The notes under the pieces: model-generated
What the model saw: the letters and a program-made list of their open reading frames with translations, nothing else
Databases searched by the model: none
What the model was told of the DNA's origin: nothing
Shown: positions 20,937 to 31,073 of the stretch, in pieces
Position numbering within the stretch: position 1 is the first letter of the stretch
How the letters are laid out: each line of letters starts with the position of its first letter
Source: an uncultured Pseudomonadales bacterium
GTDB taxonomy: Bacteria > Pseudomonadota > Gammaproteobacteria > Pseudomonadales > CANNCY01
Assembly: GCA_947503335.1 (NCBI GenBank)
Contig: CANNCY010000004.1
Location: 66,305 to 130,304, forward strand
Direction of reading: 5' to 3'
Length of the DNA: 64,000 nt
Translations under genes and position numbers: made by a program

Positions 20937-21635
20937 ATGGACGTTGCATACATGGACATTTTGGTTGTTGAAGACGACCCAGCAATTGGCGAGCTATTAC
21001 TAGATGTATTAGATCTTGGCGAATTTTCGCCAATGCTAGTAACTAATGTTCGTGATGCTAGAGTAGCACTTGCTGACAATCGGCCGTTATTGATTATTCT
21101 TGATTGGATGCTGCCCGATACGTCAGGTGTCGAGTTTGCTCGCCAGTTAAAGCGCGACCCAGTCAGCGCTGAAATCCCTATTATCATGCTAACCGCTCGC
21201 TCTGATGAAAATAATGTCGTAACAGGGCTTGAAGCGGGCGCCGATGATTACATTACCAAGCCATTTTCGCCCAAAGAACTAATCGCCAGGTGCAAGTCGG
21301 CCATTAGACGAGCTTGGCCCGATCAAGCTGGTGGTCGCACACAAATTGGTGATCTGACAATCGATACCTCGCAGCATCGTGTATACATTGGTGACGCTGA
21401 AATAAAAATTGGCCCTACCGAATATCGATTACTTCAGTTCTTTGTCAATCATCGAGAACGCGTTTATAGCCGAACGCAATTACTAGATTTTGTTTGGGGT
21501 AACAATGTGTACGTTGATGAGCGCACAGTTGATGTACATATCAGGCGGCTACGCAAAGCACTTGAACCTAATGGGTGCGATAAGATGGTACAAACTGTAC
21601 GCGGGGCTGGCTACCGTTTCTCATTGGTGAAATAA
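20937..21635 (+). CDS. phoB: phosphate regulon response regulator PhoB
   Basis: OmpR-family receiver plus winged-helix domains (ILVVEDD..., LDWMLPDTSG, TVDVHIRRLRKAL...VRGAGYRF). Adjacent to phoR. The start could be the second ATG at 20952. Confidence 0.9.
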   Translation: MDVAYMDILVVEDDPAIGELLLDVLDLGEFSPMLVTNVRDARVALADNRPLLIILDWMLPDTSGVEFARQLKRDPVSAEIPIIMLTARSDENNVVTGLEAGADDYITKPFSPKELIARCKSAIRRAWPDQAGGRTQIGDLTIDTSQHRVYIGDAEIKIGPTEYRLLQFFVNHRERVYSRTQLLDFVWGNNVYVDERTVDVHIRRLRKALEPNGCDKMVQTVRGAGYRFSLVK

Positions 21636-21642
21636 TCGCTTA

Positions 21643-22890
21643 ATGATTTACTTCTTTACCACGGTTGCCGGTGTAGTTTTAGCAGGCCTGTTAATCGGTT
21701 ATATCTTTGGTGCACCCATACTGGGTGCCTTTATAGGTTTGGCCGGCTATAGCCTCTACTCATCCCAGCAGTTGGCCAAGTTACATCGTTGGCTTATGAC
21801 TGGCGGTAAGCCACCCGAATCGATTGGGCCTTGGGGTCATACCTTTGAGCAAATCTATCGTCGCGAAAAACACCTAAAGAGCGAAATAAAAGACCTTACG
21901 CTAGCATTAAGCCGCATGCGCCGCTCTACCAAACGGTTACGCATGGGCGTTATCTTCTTAGACCAGCAACTGCATATTCAATGGTGGAACCCCGCCGCAG
22001 AAAAGCTACTCAAGCTTAGGCCCAAGCAAGACATCGGCCAAAATCTTGTTAACCTAATTCGTGACCCTTCGTTTGTATCCTATGTTGGCGACGCTGACTT
22101 TACTCGCTCACTGCGCCTACCGTCACCATCGTACACTGGCGACACACTTCGTATCTCTATCTCGCCTATCGATAAACGCGATATGGTAATGGTGCTTGAA
22201 GACATCACTCAACAGACAAAACTTGATGAAATTCGCAGTGAGTTTGTAGCCAACATATCTCATGAAATGCGGTCGCCATTAACGGTAATGACCGGTCGGC
22301 TAGATATGTGTGACTCGGCTGATCAAGTGACTGACAGAACACTTGCTTCGTTGAAAATGCAGACCGACCGTCTAACTAATATTGTTGAAGACTTAAGTTT
22401 GTTAAGTAAGTTAGAAGCCAACCCAGTTATTACTGATAAGCCTTCGTTTGATCTAGTGCCTACGATAAAAGAGATATTCGAACATGCCTTAGCCATGAGC
22501 AACGGCCAACATAATCTGTCACTAGAAATACCTGATCAGGTTATTATCAAAGGGATGCAGCAAGAGCTTTACTCGGCGCTTTCAAACATCGTCTTTAACG
22601 CCATTAAGTATTCGCCTGATGGTGGCGACATTAGTATTCAGTTAATTGACGACGCAGACAGCTGTACGTTTACAGTATCTGATCAAGGTATTGGTATTCC
22701 TGAAGAATCACTCACGCGATTAACTGAACGTTTTTACCGAGTTGACCAAGCTAGAACTGCCGGCGGTGGTAGTGGATTGGGCCTGTCTATTGTGCGCCAT
22801 GTATTAAATCGGCACGAGTCGATGCTGAACGTTAAAAGCGTATTAGGGCAGGGCAGCACATTTAGCTGCCGGCTACCTAAGAATACTTAA
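21643..22890 (+). CDS. phoR: phosphate regulon sensor histidine kinase PhoR
   Basis: 415 aa. Two N-terminal TM helices with no periplasmic domain, then PAS, an H-box (FVANISHEMRSPLT), and N/G boxes (NAIKYSP, GSGLGLSIV). Confidence 0.85.
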   Translation: MIYFFTTVAGVVLAGLLIGYIFGAPILGAFIGLAGYSLYSSQQLAKLHRWLMTGGKPPESIGPWGHTFEQIYRREKHLKSEIKDLTLALSRMRRSTKRLRMGVIFLDQQLHIQWWNPAAEKLLKLRPKQDIGQNLVNLIRDPSFVSYVGDADFTRSLRLPSPSYTGDTLRISISPIDKRDMVMVLEDITQQTKLDEIRSEFVANISHEMRSPLTVMTGRLDMCDSADQVTDRTLASLKMQTDRLTNIVEDLSLLSKLEANPVITDKPSFDLVPTIKEIFEHALAMSNGQHNLSLEIPDQVIIKGMQQELYSALSNIVFNAIKYSPDGGDISIQLIDDADSCTFTVSDQGIGIPEESLTRLTERFYRVDQARTAGGGSGLGLSIVRHVLNRHESMLNVKSVLGQGSTFSCRLPKNT

Positions 22891-22892
22891 AA

Positions 22893-22921
22893 AAAAGCCA
22901 GTATCTTTATACTGGCTTTTC
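22893..22921. terminator. bidirectional intrinsic terminator between phoR and yaaA
   Basis: AAAAAAAA-GCCAGTAT-CTTT-ATACTGGC-TTTTCTT: a perfect 8-bp stem flanked by A- and T-runs between convergent genes. Confidence 0.6.
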
Positions 22922-22924
22922 TTA

Positions 22925-23704
22925 CTAGGCTGACTCTTGGTCTCTTGTAAATACCGGTGCGTCAGGTTTTGAAAGCTCGGCGTTATATTGATAACCCTCG
23001 TAGTTAAAACCTAATAGATCTTGCTCGGTACTAGCGTTGTTTTCTAGTAAATATCTTACCATCATGCCACGCGCTTTTTTTGCATAAAAACTAATCATTT
23101 TATACTGACCGTTTTTCATGTCTTTAAATTCTGGGGTAATTAACTTGGCGTCAATTTTCTTTTTAGGCAGCGCCTTAAAATATTCATTTGAAGCAAGGTT
23201 AATCAACAGATCGTCGTTAGACATTTCGCTGTTTAGTTGGTCTACTAACTTATCACCCCAAAATTTATAAAGATTGGTACCTCGGTGGTTATCAAACTTC
23301 GTACCCATCTCTAATCGATAGGGCTGTATTAAGTCGAGCGGCTTTAGTAGCCCGTATAGCCCTGACAAGATCACTAGTCGATCTTGGCTTGCTTCAAGTA
23401 AGTCTGCAGGTAATGTCTCAGCACCCAAACCTTGATACACATCACCCTTAAATGAAAGTACCGCTTGCTTCGCAATTTTTAATGTAAAATCAGGTTGCCA
23501 CTGGTTAAAGCGATCGACATTGAGATCGGCGATGTTTTCACTCACTTTCATCAACGCCTGCACATCTTCAGATGTTAGGTTCTTTAGCTGATCAATTAGC
23601 TCTTGGCTATCATCAAGAAACCTTGGCATCGTATAAGTATCTGTAACCGGTGCCGACTCAAAATCGAGTGTTTTTGCCGGTGAAATGATCATTTTAATGC
23701 TCAT
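22925..23704 (-). CDS. yaaA: peroxide stress protein YaaA (DUF328/UPF0246)
   Basis: 259 aa. MIISPAKTLDF..., LSGLYGLLKPLDLIQPYRLEMG, ASNEYFKA and AKKARGMMVRY are hallmark YaaA motifs. Confidence 0.85.
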   Translation of the reverse strand: MSIKMIISPAKTLDFESAPVTDTYTMPRFLDDSQELIDQLKNLTSEDVQALMKVSENIADLNVDRFNQWQPDFTLKIAKQAVLSFKGDVYQGLGAETLPADLLEASQDRLVILSGLYGLLKPLDLIQPYRLEMGTKFDNHRGTNLYKFWGDKLVDQLNSEMSNDDLLINLASNEYFKALPKKKIDAKLITPEFKDMKNGQYKMISFYAKKARGMMVRYLLENNASTEQDLLGFNYEGYQYNAELSKPDAPVFTRDQESA

Positions 23705-23707
23705 CGA

Positions 23708-24190
23708 TTAGGTCTCGCTCTGCACGTCTTGCCACCAATTAAGTGGATTGCCTGTTTCAGGGTCATACACATTGCCGTATTGCCAAATAATATTACTATT
23801 ACTGGTCGCATACTTATCTAAGGTTTGTTCAATCAACGTAAAACCAACGGTTACATGAACCGAGGCTACGATCATACGAGGCGTTTCACGATCAATACTC
23901 GCACCAATCTTTTCTAACTCGCCCTTTAGGGTTTCACCCCAGTTTTGTTCATCTACTTTGCAGATGATTCGAATAGCGAGATTGCCACCGTGCTCAATCA
24001 CAGAGTATTGGCCAGCTTCATCAGCCAATTTTATTAAGTCATCTTTAGCGATTGACGGTGCAAACGCCGGTGATTTAATCAATCGAAATTGGCTAGGGTT
24101 CTCGGTGTCGTAAGCTTCTAATCGTTCGATTACCGGTTGGCCATCAGGGCGATATCCTGCTAACACTTCAACAATGTGCATTTCTGCCAT
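23708..24190 (-). CDS. hypothetical protein, possibly DUF4265-like
   Basis: 160-aa acidic cytoplasmic ORF ending 3 nt before the yaaA start. The pattern FRLIKSPAFAPSIAKDDLIKL...VIEHGGNLAIRI resembles the DUF4265 N-terminal pattern as I recall it. This is not verified. Confidence 0.5.
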   Translation of the reverse strand: MAEMHIVEVLAGYRPDGQPVIERLEAYDTENPSQFRLIKSPAFAPSIAKDDLIKLADEAGQYSVIEHGGNLAIRIICKVDEQNWGETLKGELEKIGASIDRETPRMIVASVHVTVGFTLIEQTLDKYATSNSNIIWQYGNVYDPETGNPLNWWQDVQSET

Positions 24191-24246
24191 AGGTGCGCCT
24201 CTTTGCTTTAGGGCTATATACTATATAAAGCCCACTAAATAATTGG

Positions 24247-25437
24247 ATGCTTGTCATGATACACGGTTTGCAAAGAATGGTCTGTCGCGCGGCATTAGTT
24301 TTATCTATCGCCACCATTGTAGGCTGCAGTACCAACCCAGTTACAGGTGCCTCTACGGTATCTATGATGTCTGCCGCAGAAGAGCGCAAGGTCGGTCAAC
24401 AAAACTACGGCCCAATGCAGCAACAAGAAGGTGGCCAGCTAACTAGGCATGCGAGTATTCAACGCTATGTCAATGAAGTGGGCCAAAAAGTCGCACGCCA
24501 TGCTGATCGCCAGTTCGATTGGGAATTTGTGGTTCTCAACAATACTTCTGCCAATGCCTGGGCATTGCCCGGCGGCAAAATTGCAATAAACCGTGGGCTA
24601 CTAACAGAACTTGGCTCTGAAGCAGAACTAGCCGCAGTACTTGGGCACGAAGCAGTGCATGCAGCTGCTGCCCATGGCGCGCAATCGATGGGTAGATCAC
24701 AATTATTAAATATCGGCGCAGTACTCGCTGCTATAGCCGTTAAGGATTCTGAATATCGTAACCTTGCCATGACAGGTATTGGCATGGGCGCTGCCATGAT
24801 TAATTCTAAATACGGCCGTAGCGCCGAATACGAGGCTGATCAGTACGGTATTAAGTATATGGCCGCTGCAGGATACGATCCAGCTGCAGCTGTTCATTTA
24901 CAGGAAACCTTTGTACGCCTTTCTAAAGATCGAAAGAGCAACTCGTTTAGCCGACTGTTTGCAAGTCACCCGCCGTCACAAGATCGTGTAAACGCCAACC
25001 GCAAGCACGCGGCTCAATATCCTAATGGGGGGCGCATGGGTGCCAACCACTATCAACGAATGATGGCCCCGTTACACAAAGAGAAAGCCGCATTTAAGCT
25101 TTATGATGAAGGGGTTAAGGCTTATTCAAGTAAAAACTTCAGGGCTGCTGAACAAAAAGCACGTCAAGCGCAGAAGATGATTCCTGCTGAATCAAACTTC
25201 TATACATTACTTGGTGCTGCTTTAATGCAACAGGGCGACAAGCAGGGCGCCGTGAATGCATTTTCAAGCGCTATCAAACGGGACAAGACTTTTTATCGAC
25301 CTTATATGATGCGTGGCCAAGTATACGCGTCGATGGGTAGAAAGGCTGAATCGCAGCGCGATCTAGAAGCCGCTTATCGACTGTTTCCGTCAGAGCAAAT
25401 TAAGAAGATGTACAACAGCGTAAGAATGCTTAGATAG
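24247..25437 (+). CDS. M48-family zinc metalloprotease lipoprotein with C-terminal TPR repeats
   Basis: 396 aa. Lipobox (ATIVGC), HEAVH zinc motif with a downstream E (EYEAD), and a TPR-like C-terminus. Confidence 0.8.
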   Translation: MLVMIHGLQRMVCRAALVLSIATIVGCSTNPVTGASTVSMMSAAEERKVGQQNYGPMQQQEGGQLTRHASIQRYVNEVGQKVARHADRQFDWEFVVLNNTSANAWALPGGKIAINRGLLTELGSEAELAAVLGHEAVHAAAAHGAQSMGRSQLLNIGAVLAAIAVKDSEYRNLAMTGIGMGAAMINSKYGRSAEYEADQYGIKYMAAAGYDPAAAVHLQETFVRLSKDRKSNSFSRLFASHPPSQDRVNANRKHAAQYPNGGRMGANHYQRMMAPLHKEKAAFKLYDEGVKAYSSKNFRAAEQKARQAQKMIPAESNFYTLLGAALMQQGDKQGAVNAFSSAIKRDKTFYRPYMMRGQVYASMGRKAESQRDLEAAYRLFPSEQIKKMYNSVRMLR

Positions 25438-25705
25438 TATTGTTATATCGGTTCGCTGCCGTCAGCGAGCCTAAGGGAGTAGGGCATACATGCATGCCCT
25501 TTTCTTTTTTGCGCCGCTCGCATTCTTTACGAATGTTTTCGCACGCGACGGCTTTACCAGGTGCAGTTGGGCGCTTAGCTAAACACTGGCTATGGCGATC
25601 ACTTAGTTCGTAATCGCTCAACTTTGCCATTTTTGAATTACCCATATCACACGCACTAAAGGCGGTTACTGTAAGGCTCAATACTGTCAATTTTAGTATA
25701 CGCAT
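25430..25705 (-). CDS. small Cys-containing putative lipoprotein
   Basis: 91 aa. Signal peptide plus lipobox (LTVTAFSAC). Lies downstream of phoU on the same strand. The SD is weak, and the 3' end runs through the convergent terminator and overlaps the M48 gene by 8 nt. Confidence 0.4.
   Translation of the reverse strand: MRILKLTVLSLTVTAFSACDMGNSKMAKLSDYELSDRHSQCLAKRPTAPGKAVACENIRKECERRKKEKGMHVCPTPLGSLTAANRYNNTI
25481..25510 (+). terminator. intrinsic terminator after the M48 protease gene
   Basis: AGGGCAT-ACATGC-ATGCCCT followed by TTTTCTTTTTT. It lies inside the 3' end of the minus-strand small ORF. Confidence 0.5.
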
Positions 25706-25748
25706 ACGTTAAGCCTAGCAAACAAATCACTAGGCTCAAGTTTTTGTA

Positions 25749-26432
25749 TTAACCTTCTGTACGAACGTCTTTACCTTCTACTAAATACACAATCTGTTCG
25801 GCAAGATTTTCTACATGATCACCGATACGTTCTAGTGAGCGCAGTGTCCACATCATATTCATTGCATCCGAAATGCTACGAGGGTCTTCCATCATATAGG
25901 TGACTAGAGAACGAACTCCTGAACCATATGATGCATCCACTTCTTGTTCACGTTCGCAGATATCGCCATAACTACTAGCATCAATGCGAGCAAAACCATC
26001 GAGTGCTGTTGCTAGCATATTGGTAACCTGCTGGCCGATAAACTTAACCTCGTGCATACCCATTTTTAGATTGCCGCTTTCTAATAACTTGATTGCCATA
26101 TTGGCAATCTTCGTTATTTCATCTCCAACTCGCTCTAGATCAGAGGCCATTTTCATGCAGACGATTACCATGCGAAGATCACCGGCGGCAGGTGCGCGTC
26201 TTGCGATAATTTCAAGGCATCTGTGATCAATTTCTAACTCAAAGCTGTCAACTTTTGACTCGTTGGCAATCACCTCGGTCGCCAGCCCTGAATCGCCTGA
26301 AGAAAATGCTTTTAACGCCTGTGCTAACTGGTGCGCAACGAGACCACCCATCTCTAACGTAGTAGTGCGAATCGCTTCTAGATCTTCGTTAAATTTTGTC
26401 GAGCTATGCTCGGTAAAAAAGCGACTATCCAT
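25749..26432 (-). CDS. phoU: phosphate signalling complex protein PhoU
   Basis: 227 aa. Two PhoU repeats (DLERVGDE / SLERIGDH). Lies downstream of pstB. Confidence 0.9.
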   Translation of the reverse strand: MDSRFFTEHSSTKFNEDLEAIRTTTLEMGGLVAHQLAQALKAFSSGDSGLATEVIANESKVDSFELEIDHRCLEIIARRAPAAGDLRMVIVCMKMASDLERVGDEITKIANMAIKLLESGNLKMGMHEVKFIGQQVTNMLATALDGFARIDASSYGDICEREQEVDASYGSGVRSLVTYMMEDPRSISDAMNMMWTLRSLERIGDHVENLAEQIVYLVEGKDVRTEG

Positions 26433-26444
26433 TGCTCTGTCCTC

Positions 26445-27269
26445 TTATCCGAATCGGCCTGTAATATAGGCTTCAGTCAATGCATGATCAGGATTGGTGA
26501 ATACCTGTTCTGTTGGATTAACTTCTACCAAATGTCCTAAATGAAAATACGCAGTTCTATTGGATACACGTGCAGCTTGCTGCATCGAGTGCGTCACAAT
26601 CGCAATTGTATAATTAGTGCTTAGCTCTGCAATCAGCTCTTCAATTTTTGCAGTCGCTATTGGGTCAAGTGCCGAACAGGGTTCGTCCATCAGTATAACC
26701 TCTGGATTAACGGCAATGGTTCTAGCAATGCACAAACGCTGTTGCTGTCCACCAGATAATCCTGTGCCAGGTGTATGCAATCGATCTTTCACTTCGTTCC
26801 ATAAACCTGCTTTCGTTAAACTAGTTTCAACGATCTCATCAAGATCTGTTCTACGAGAAGCAATACCATGAAGTTTTGGGCCGTAAGCAACATTGTCATA
26901 AATCGATTTAGGAAATGGATTGGGTTTTTGAAACACCATACCTACACGAGCACGTAACGGCACAACATCAGTTTTAGGTGCGTAGATGTTTTCACCATCA
27001 TGTATGATCTCGCCCGTTACCCGACATATATCAATGGTGTCGTTCATGCGGTTTAGTACTCGCAAAAATGTCGATTTACCACAACCTGACGGGCCAATCA
27101 TGGCAATCACTTCGTTCTTACCAATATCTAAGCTTACGTTGTGTATTGCCTGTTTTTCGCCATAAAATACATCGACGTTACGTACCGATATTTCTGCGTT
27201 ATCACTAAAGGGCGTACCTACCGTGTCTTTGGGTATTGTATGCTCAGTTACGTTATCAACAAGTTTCAT
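26445..27269 (-). CDS. pstB: phosphate ABC transporter ATP-binding protein PstB
   Basis: 274 aa. Walker [10 protein letters not shown], signature LSGGQQQRL, Walker B ILMDEP. PstB-specific N-terminus. Confidence 0.95.
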   Translation of the reverse strand: MKLVDNVTEHTIPKDTVGTPFSDNAEISVRNVDVFYGEKQAIHNVSLDIGKNEVIAMIGPSGCGKSTFLRVLNRMNDTIDICRVTGEIIHDGENIYAPKTDVVPLRARVGMVFQKPNPFPKSIYDNVAYGPKLHGIASRRTDLDEIVETSLTKAGLWNEVKDRLHTPGTGLSGGQQQRLCIARTIAVNPEVILMDEPCSALDPIATAKIEELIAELSTNYTIAIVTHSMQQAARVSNRTAYFHLGHLVEVNPTEQVFTNPDHALTEAYITGRFG

Positions 27270-27283
27270 AAATATTTCCTAAC

Positions 27284-28564
27284 TTACCAGCGTTTTTCTA
27301 AACGCTTACGCAGTAATACTGCAGACAAATTCATTGTAATCAACACGCCTAGCAACACCATAATTGCTGCTGAAGTATTAGCGACAAAACCTCGCTCGGG
27401 GCTATCTGACCAGAGGTAGATTTGCACCGGTAGCACAGTCGCTGGATCAGTAATGCCCTGTGGAATATCGACAATAAATGCCACCATACCAATCATTAAC
27501 AGTGGCGCTGTTTCACCCAACGCTTGGGCGATACCAATAATGGCGCCCGTCAACATACCAGGCATTGCCAAAGGTATGACATGATGCAGTACTACCTGCA
27601 TTTTACTTGCACCTAATCCATAGGCAGCTTCTCTTATAGATGGTGGTACAGCTTTGATAGCAGCGCGAGCTGAGATGATAATGGTCGGCAACGTCATCAA
27701 CGCCAACACCATTCCTCCCAAAAGTGGAGCAGAGCGCGGCATGCCAAACAGATTCAAAAATATAGCTAAGCCTAGTAGACCGAAGATAATAGATGGCACT
27801 GCAGCAAGGTTGTTGATATTGACCTCGATAATGTCGGTAAGTCTATTTTTCGGCGCAAACTCCTCAAGATAAACAGCAGCCGCAATCGCTATTGGAAATG
27901 CCAATACTAAGCATACGATTAACGCTAACACAGACCCTTTTAAAGCACCTGCCACACCCGCAGACTCGGGATCACGTGAATCTGAAGAGGTGAAAAACCC
28001 TTTGTTAAATTGAAAGGTGACTTTGTCTCTATCAATTAAGTCATTAACCCATATTAGTTGCTTATCCGTTAAGATATGTCCCGGCTTTTGTGGGCTGTAA
28101 TAATTTTTAAAGTAGTCATCTACAACAGAGTCAGCCTTAACCCATACGCTTGCTTGTGTATTAATTAGCGTAGGATTTTCTTTAATTAGGTCGCGTAAAT
28201 CATAGCCGGCATTAGATGACACGATACGCCCTAAGCTACGACGATCACCGCGAGATTTTACTTCAGCAAATTCACTACGAATGGCATTTCGTATAACGCG
28301 ATCGTAGTTTCCTTTATTAAAAGTTGTTGCATCTTCTGGGTCGATTCCTAGGTCGTCTGCATCAAGATTAACTGATAGTTGAATCATCGTTGATTTAAAG
28401 GCTGGCATGCCTTTCCCGATGATGTCACCAAATAGTAATACCAACCAGCTTAGACCGAAGATAATAGAGATGACGCCTGCAGCCTTGAACGCTCGCTCTT
28501 TGCGATACCGCTTTTTCAAGCCAGCTTCGATAATCTGGCGCTGAGTTAAATTAGTATTAGTCAT
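27284..28564 (-). CDS. pstA: phosphate ABC transporter permease PstA (long form)
   Basis: 426 aa. Large N-terminal loop, then the permease core with an EAA-like region (REAAYGLGASKMQV). Overlaps the pstC stop. Confidence 0.9.
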   Translation of the reverse strand: MTNTNLTQRQIIEAGLKKRYRKERAFKAAGVISIIFGLSWLVLLFGDIIGKGMPAFKSTMIQLSVNLDADDLGIDPEDATTFNKGNYDRVIRNAIRSEFAEVKSRGDRRSLGRIVSSNAGYDLRDLIKENPTLINTQASVWVKADSVVDDYFKNYYSPQKPGHILTDKQLIWVNDLIDRDKVTFQFNKGFFTSSDSRDPESAGVAGALKGSVLALIVCLVLAFPIAIAAAVYLEEFAPKNRLTDIIEVNINNLAAVPSIIFGLLGLAIFLNLFGMPRSAPLLGGMVLALMTLPTIIISARAAIKAVPPSIREAAYGLGASKMQVVLHHVIPLAMPGMLTGAIIGIAQALGETAPLLMIGMVAFIVDIPQGITDPATVLPVQIYLWSDSPERGFVANTSAAIMVLLGVLITMNLSAVLLRKRLEKRW

Positions 28565-29942
28565 AGCGTTCTTGGTACTTCTTAGTTACATGTAAGGCGA
28601 TGAAATTGAGCATCAGTGTTGTAAAGAACAACATAAGGCCTAATGCAAATGCCGCTAATGTTTTAGGGCTGTCAAACTCTTGGTCGCCGACTAAGATAGT
28701 GACGATCTGTACCGTAACCGTGGTCACAGCTTCTAATGGATTGACCGTTAAGTTTGCAGCAAGGCCTGCTGCCATTACCACAATCATTGTCTCGCCAATT
28801 GCGCGAGATCCTGCGAGCAGGATACTGCCTACGATGCCAGGTAGGGCAGCAGGAATAACCACTTGACGAATAGTTTCGCTATGCGTTGCGCCTAACCCTA
28901 GCGAGCCGTCACGAAGAGATTGCGGTACCGCATTGATCACGTCATCACTTAACGATGAAACAAATGGAATAATCATTACACCCATCACTACGCCAGCAAT
29001 CAAAGCACTTTCTGGTGATAGCGCTATGTCTAAAGCAGCCGCACTATCGCGCATAAATGGCGCAACTGTTACCGCAGCGAAAAATCCGTAAACCACCGTT
29101 GGAATACCTGCCAATATTTCTAACGCTGGTTTAACTATGTTACGAACTTTGGCATGGGCGTATTCTGACAGGTATATGGCTGTCATTAATCCTGCAGGAA
29201 CGGCAATAGATAGCGCGATAAAACTAATTAAAAGCGTACCTACAAATAGTGGTACTGCACCAAATGCTCCTGATGACCCTGCTTGGTCTTCGCGCATTGC
29301 CATTTGCGGGCTCCAATGCGTACCAAACATAAAGTCAATTGGAGATACATGGCTGAAGAATATCCAAGACTCATAGATTACTGATAAAACAATACCAAGC
29401 GTGGTGAGAATCGCGATTAGCGACGACATCATAAACAAGCCTTCTAAGACTCGCTCAATCTTATTTCTTGCGCGCGTTGTGTCAGCTATTTTTTTATACA
29501 GTAGGGCGATAGTTAGAATGATAACAGCTATTGAAAGGCCTGATAGGTACATGCGACTACGCGTCACCCACCCGCTATATAGGTCTGCGGCTTGCTTAAT
29601 TTCTGCAGCTACGTTTAATCCCGCAACACCTGCGGCAGTACTCTTTACCTGAGATATTAAGAGGCTCTGCTCGCCTTCACTTAATGCCTGCGCAGATGCT
29701 GGTAGTACTTTTATAATCATCGCATTTAAGAGCGAGTTTTCTACAAGCAACCACGTCAGTATCAACGAGACACCAGGCAGTAAACACCACATAAGTGCTA
29801 AGGTGCCATACTGTGAGGGCAATGAAGATAACTTGTGAACACCGCCTATATCTAAGCCTTTAGATGTAGAACGGCTGTAACCTACAAAGTAGGCCACAGC
29901 CGCGGCGATCACAAGCAGAGTAAATAACGACGATAATTGCAT
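28557..29942 (-). CDS. pstC: phosphate ABC transporter permease PstC (long form)
   Basis: Permease core with LRDGSLGLGATHSETI. The ORF-track start at 30002 is TTG and overlaps pstS by 20 nt, so I prefer the ATG at 29942 (MQLSSLF...). Confidence 0.85.
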   Translation of the reverse strand: MQLSSLFTLLVIAAAVAYFVGYSRSTSKGLDIGGVHKLSSLPSQYGTLALMWCLLPGVSLILTWLLVENSLLNAMIIKVLPASAQALSEGEQSLLISQVKSTAAGVAGLNVAAEIKQAADLYSGWVTRSRMYLSGLSIAVIILTIALLYKKIADTTRARNKIERVLEGLFMMSSLIAILTTLGIVLSVIYESWIFFSHVSPIDFMFGTHWSPQMAMREDQAGSSGAFGAVPLFVGTLLISFIALSIAVPAGLMTAIYLSEYAHAKVRNIVKPALEILAGIPTVVYGFFAAVTVAPFMRDSAAALDIALSPESALIAGVVMGVMIIPFVSSLSDDVINAVPQSLRDGSLGLGATHSETIRQVVIPAALPGIVGSILLAGSRAIGETMIVVMAAGLAANLTVNPLEAVTTVTVQIVTILVGDQEFDSPKTLAAFALGLMLFFTTLMLNFIALHVTKKYQERYD

Positions 29943-29982
29943 AGTTACATCCGCTGGTGAAAATAATGTCGTTCGTGGCCGA

Positions 29983-31023
29983 CTACAGAGCCATTGAAGC
30001 AAGCTCTTTTGCAGACAGTGCTACATCAGAATGCTTGTCTTCGCTTAGAGGGATCAGACCACGGTCAGTTAAGTAACCCTCTTCGCCGCTAGCGTTTTCG
30101 CTAACAAATTCGTTTAAGTATTCTTGAATACCCGGTACCGTGCCAATGTGTGCTTTCTTTACGTAGAAGTAAAGTGGGCGCGATACGGCGTAGTCGCCAT
30201 CAGCAATCGCATCAAAGCTTGGCTCAAAACCATCAATTACAGAGCCCTGAATCATCTCAGCATTTTGATCTAAGAATGAGAAGCCAAAGATACCTAGCGC
30301 GTCTTTATTGGCATTTAGCTTTTGAACGATCAAGTTGTCGTTTTCGCCAGCTTCCATATAGGCGCCATCTTCACGTACTGTATGACAAATCGCTTTGTAT
30401 TGATTTTTGTCGGTCTTCTTCATCGCCTTGATCCAAGCGAAACCTTTACAACCACCTTCTAGCGCTAGTTCAGCAAATGCGTCGCGAGTACCCGACGTTG
30501 GTGGTGGGCCCCAAACGCTAATCTTAGTGGCTGGCAGACTAGCGTTAATCTGATTCCAATGGGTATATGGGTTATCTACTAAGGTTTCAGAACCGTCTTG
30601 TGCAGGTACCTTAGCGGCTAGTGCCATAAAGATCTCTTTGCGCGTTAGGTTTAGCTGAGTTGCGCTCTTTGCATTACCTAAAACGATGCCATCGTAACCC
30701 ACTAACACTTCTACAATATCGGTTACGCCATTTTTCTGGCACATTTTAAATTCTGATTCTTTCATGCGGCGAGAAGCATTGGTGATGTCAGGCGTTGATA
30801 CACCAACACCTTGGCAAAACATCTTCATGCCACCACCAGAGCCGGTTGACTCGATTTTAGGGGTTTTTAGACCACTAGTACGCCCAAAACGCTCGGCAAC
30901 TACGGTGGCAAACGGATACACCGTTGATGAGCCAACGACCGAAATGTAATCTCGTGCCTTTACATCAGCTACAGAAGCCATTGACACAGCTGCGGTCATG
31001 GCAATCAAAGTTAGTTTTTTCAT
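29983..31023 (-). CDS. pstS: phosphate ABC transporter substrate-binding protein PstS
   Basis: MKKLTLIAMTAAVSMASVA signal peptide with a GGAG SD. GSSTVYPF and TGSGGG phosphate-binding motifs. The ORF-track start at 31092 would place the Pho boxes inside the coding sequence, so I chose the ATG at 31023. Confidence 0.9.
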   Translation of the reverse strand: MKKLTLIAMTAAVSMASVADVKARDYISVVGSSTVYPFATVVAERFGRTSGLKTPKIESTGSGGGMKMFCQGVGVSTPDITNASRRMKESEFKMCQKNGVTDIVEVLVGYDGIVLGNAKSATQLNLTRKEIFMALAAKVPAQDGSETLVDNPYTHWNQINASLPATKISVWGPPPTSGTRDAFAELALEGGCKGFAWIKAMKKTDKNQYKAICHTVREDGAYMEAGENDNLIVQKLNANKDALGIFGFSFLDQNAEMIQGSVIDGFEPSFDAIADGDYAVSRPLYFYVKKAHIGTVPGIQEYLNEFVSENASGEEGYLTDRGLIPLSEDKHSDVALSAKELASMAL

Positions 31024-31073
31024 AAAACGCTCCAATAGATAAATTGTCGAGATTAGGAGTTTCTTAGATTTCG

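Noticed and set aside
24211-24233. AT-cored imperfect palindrome GGGCTATATACTATATAAAGCCC between the divergent DUF4265-yaaA and M48 protease genes, considered as an operator.
   Set aside because: It is imperfect and made largely of TATA-type sequence, which is equally well explained by overlapping divergent -10 elements. No second copy is present in the window.
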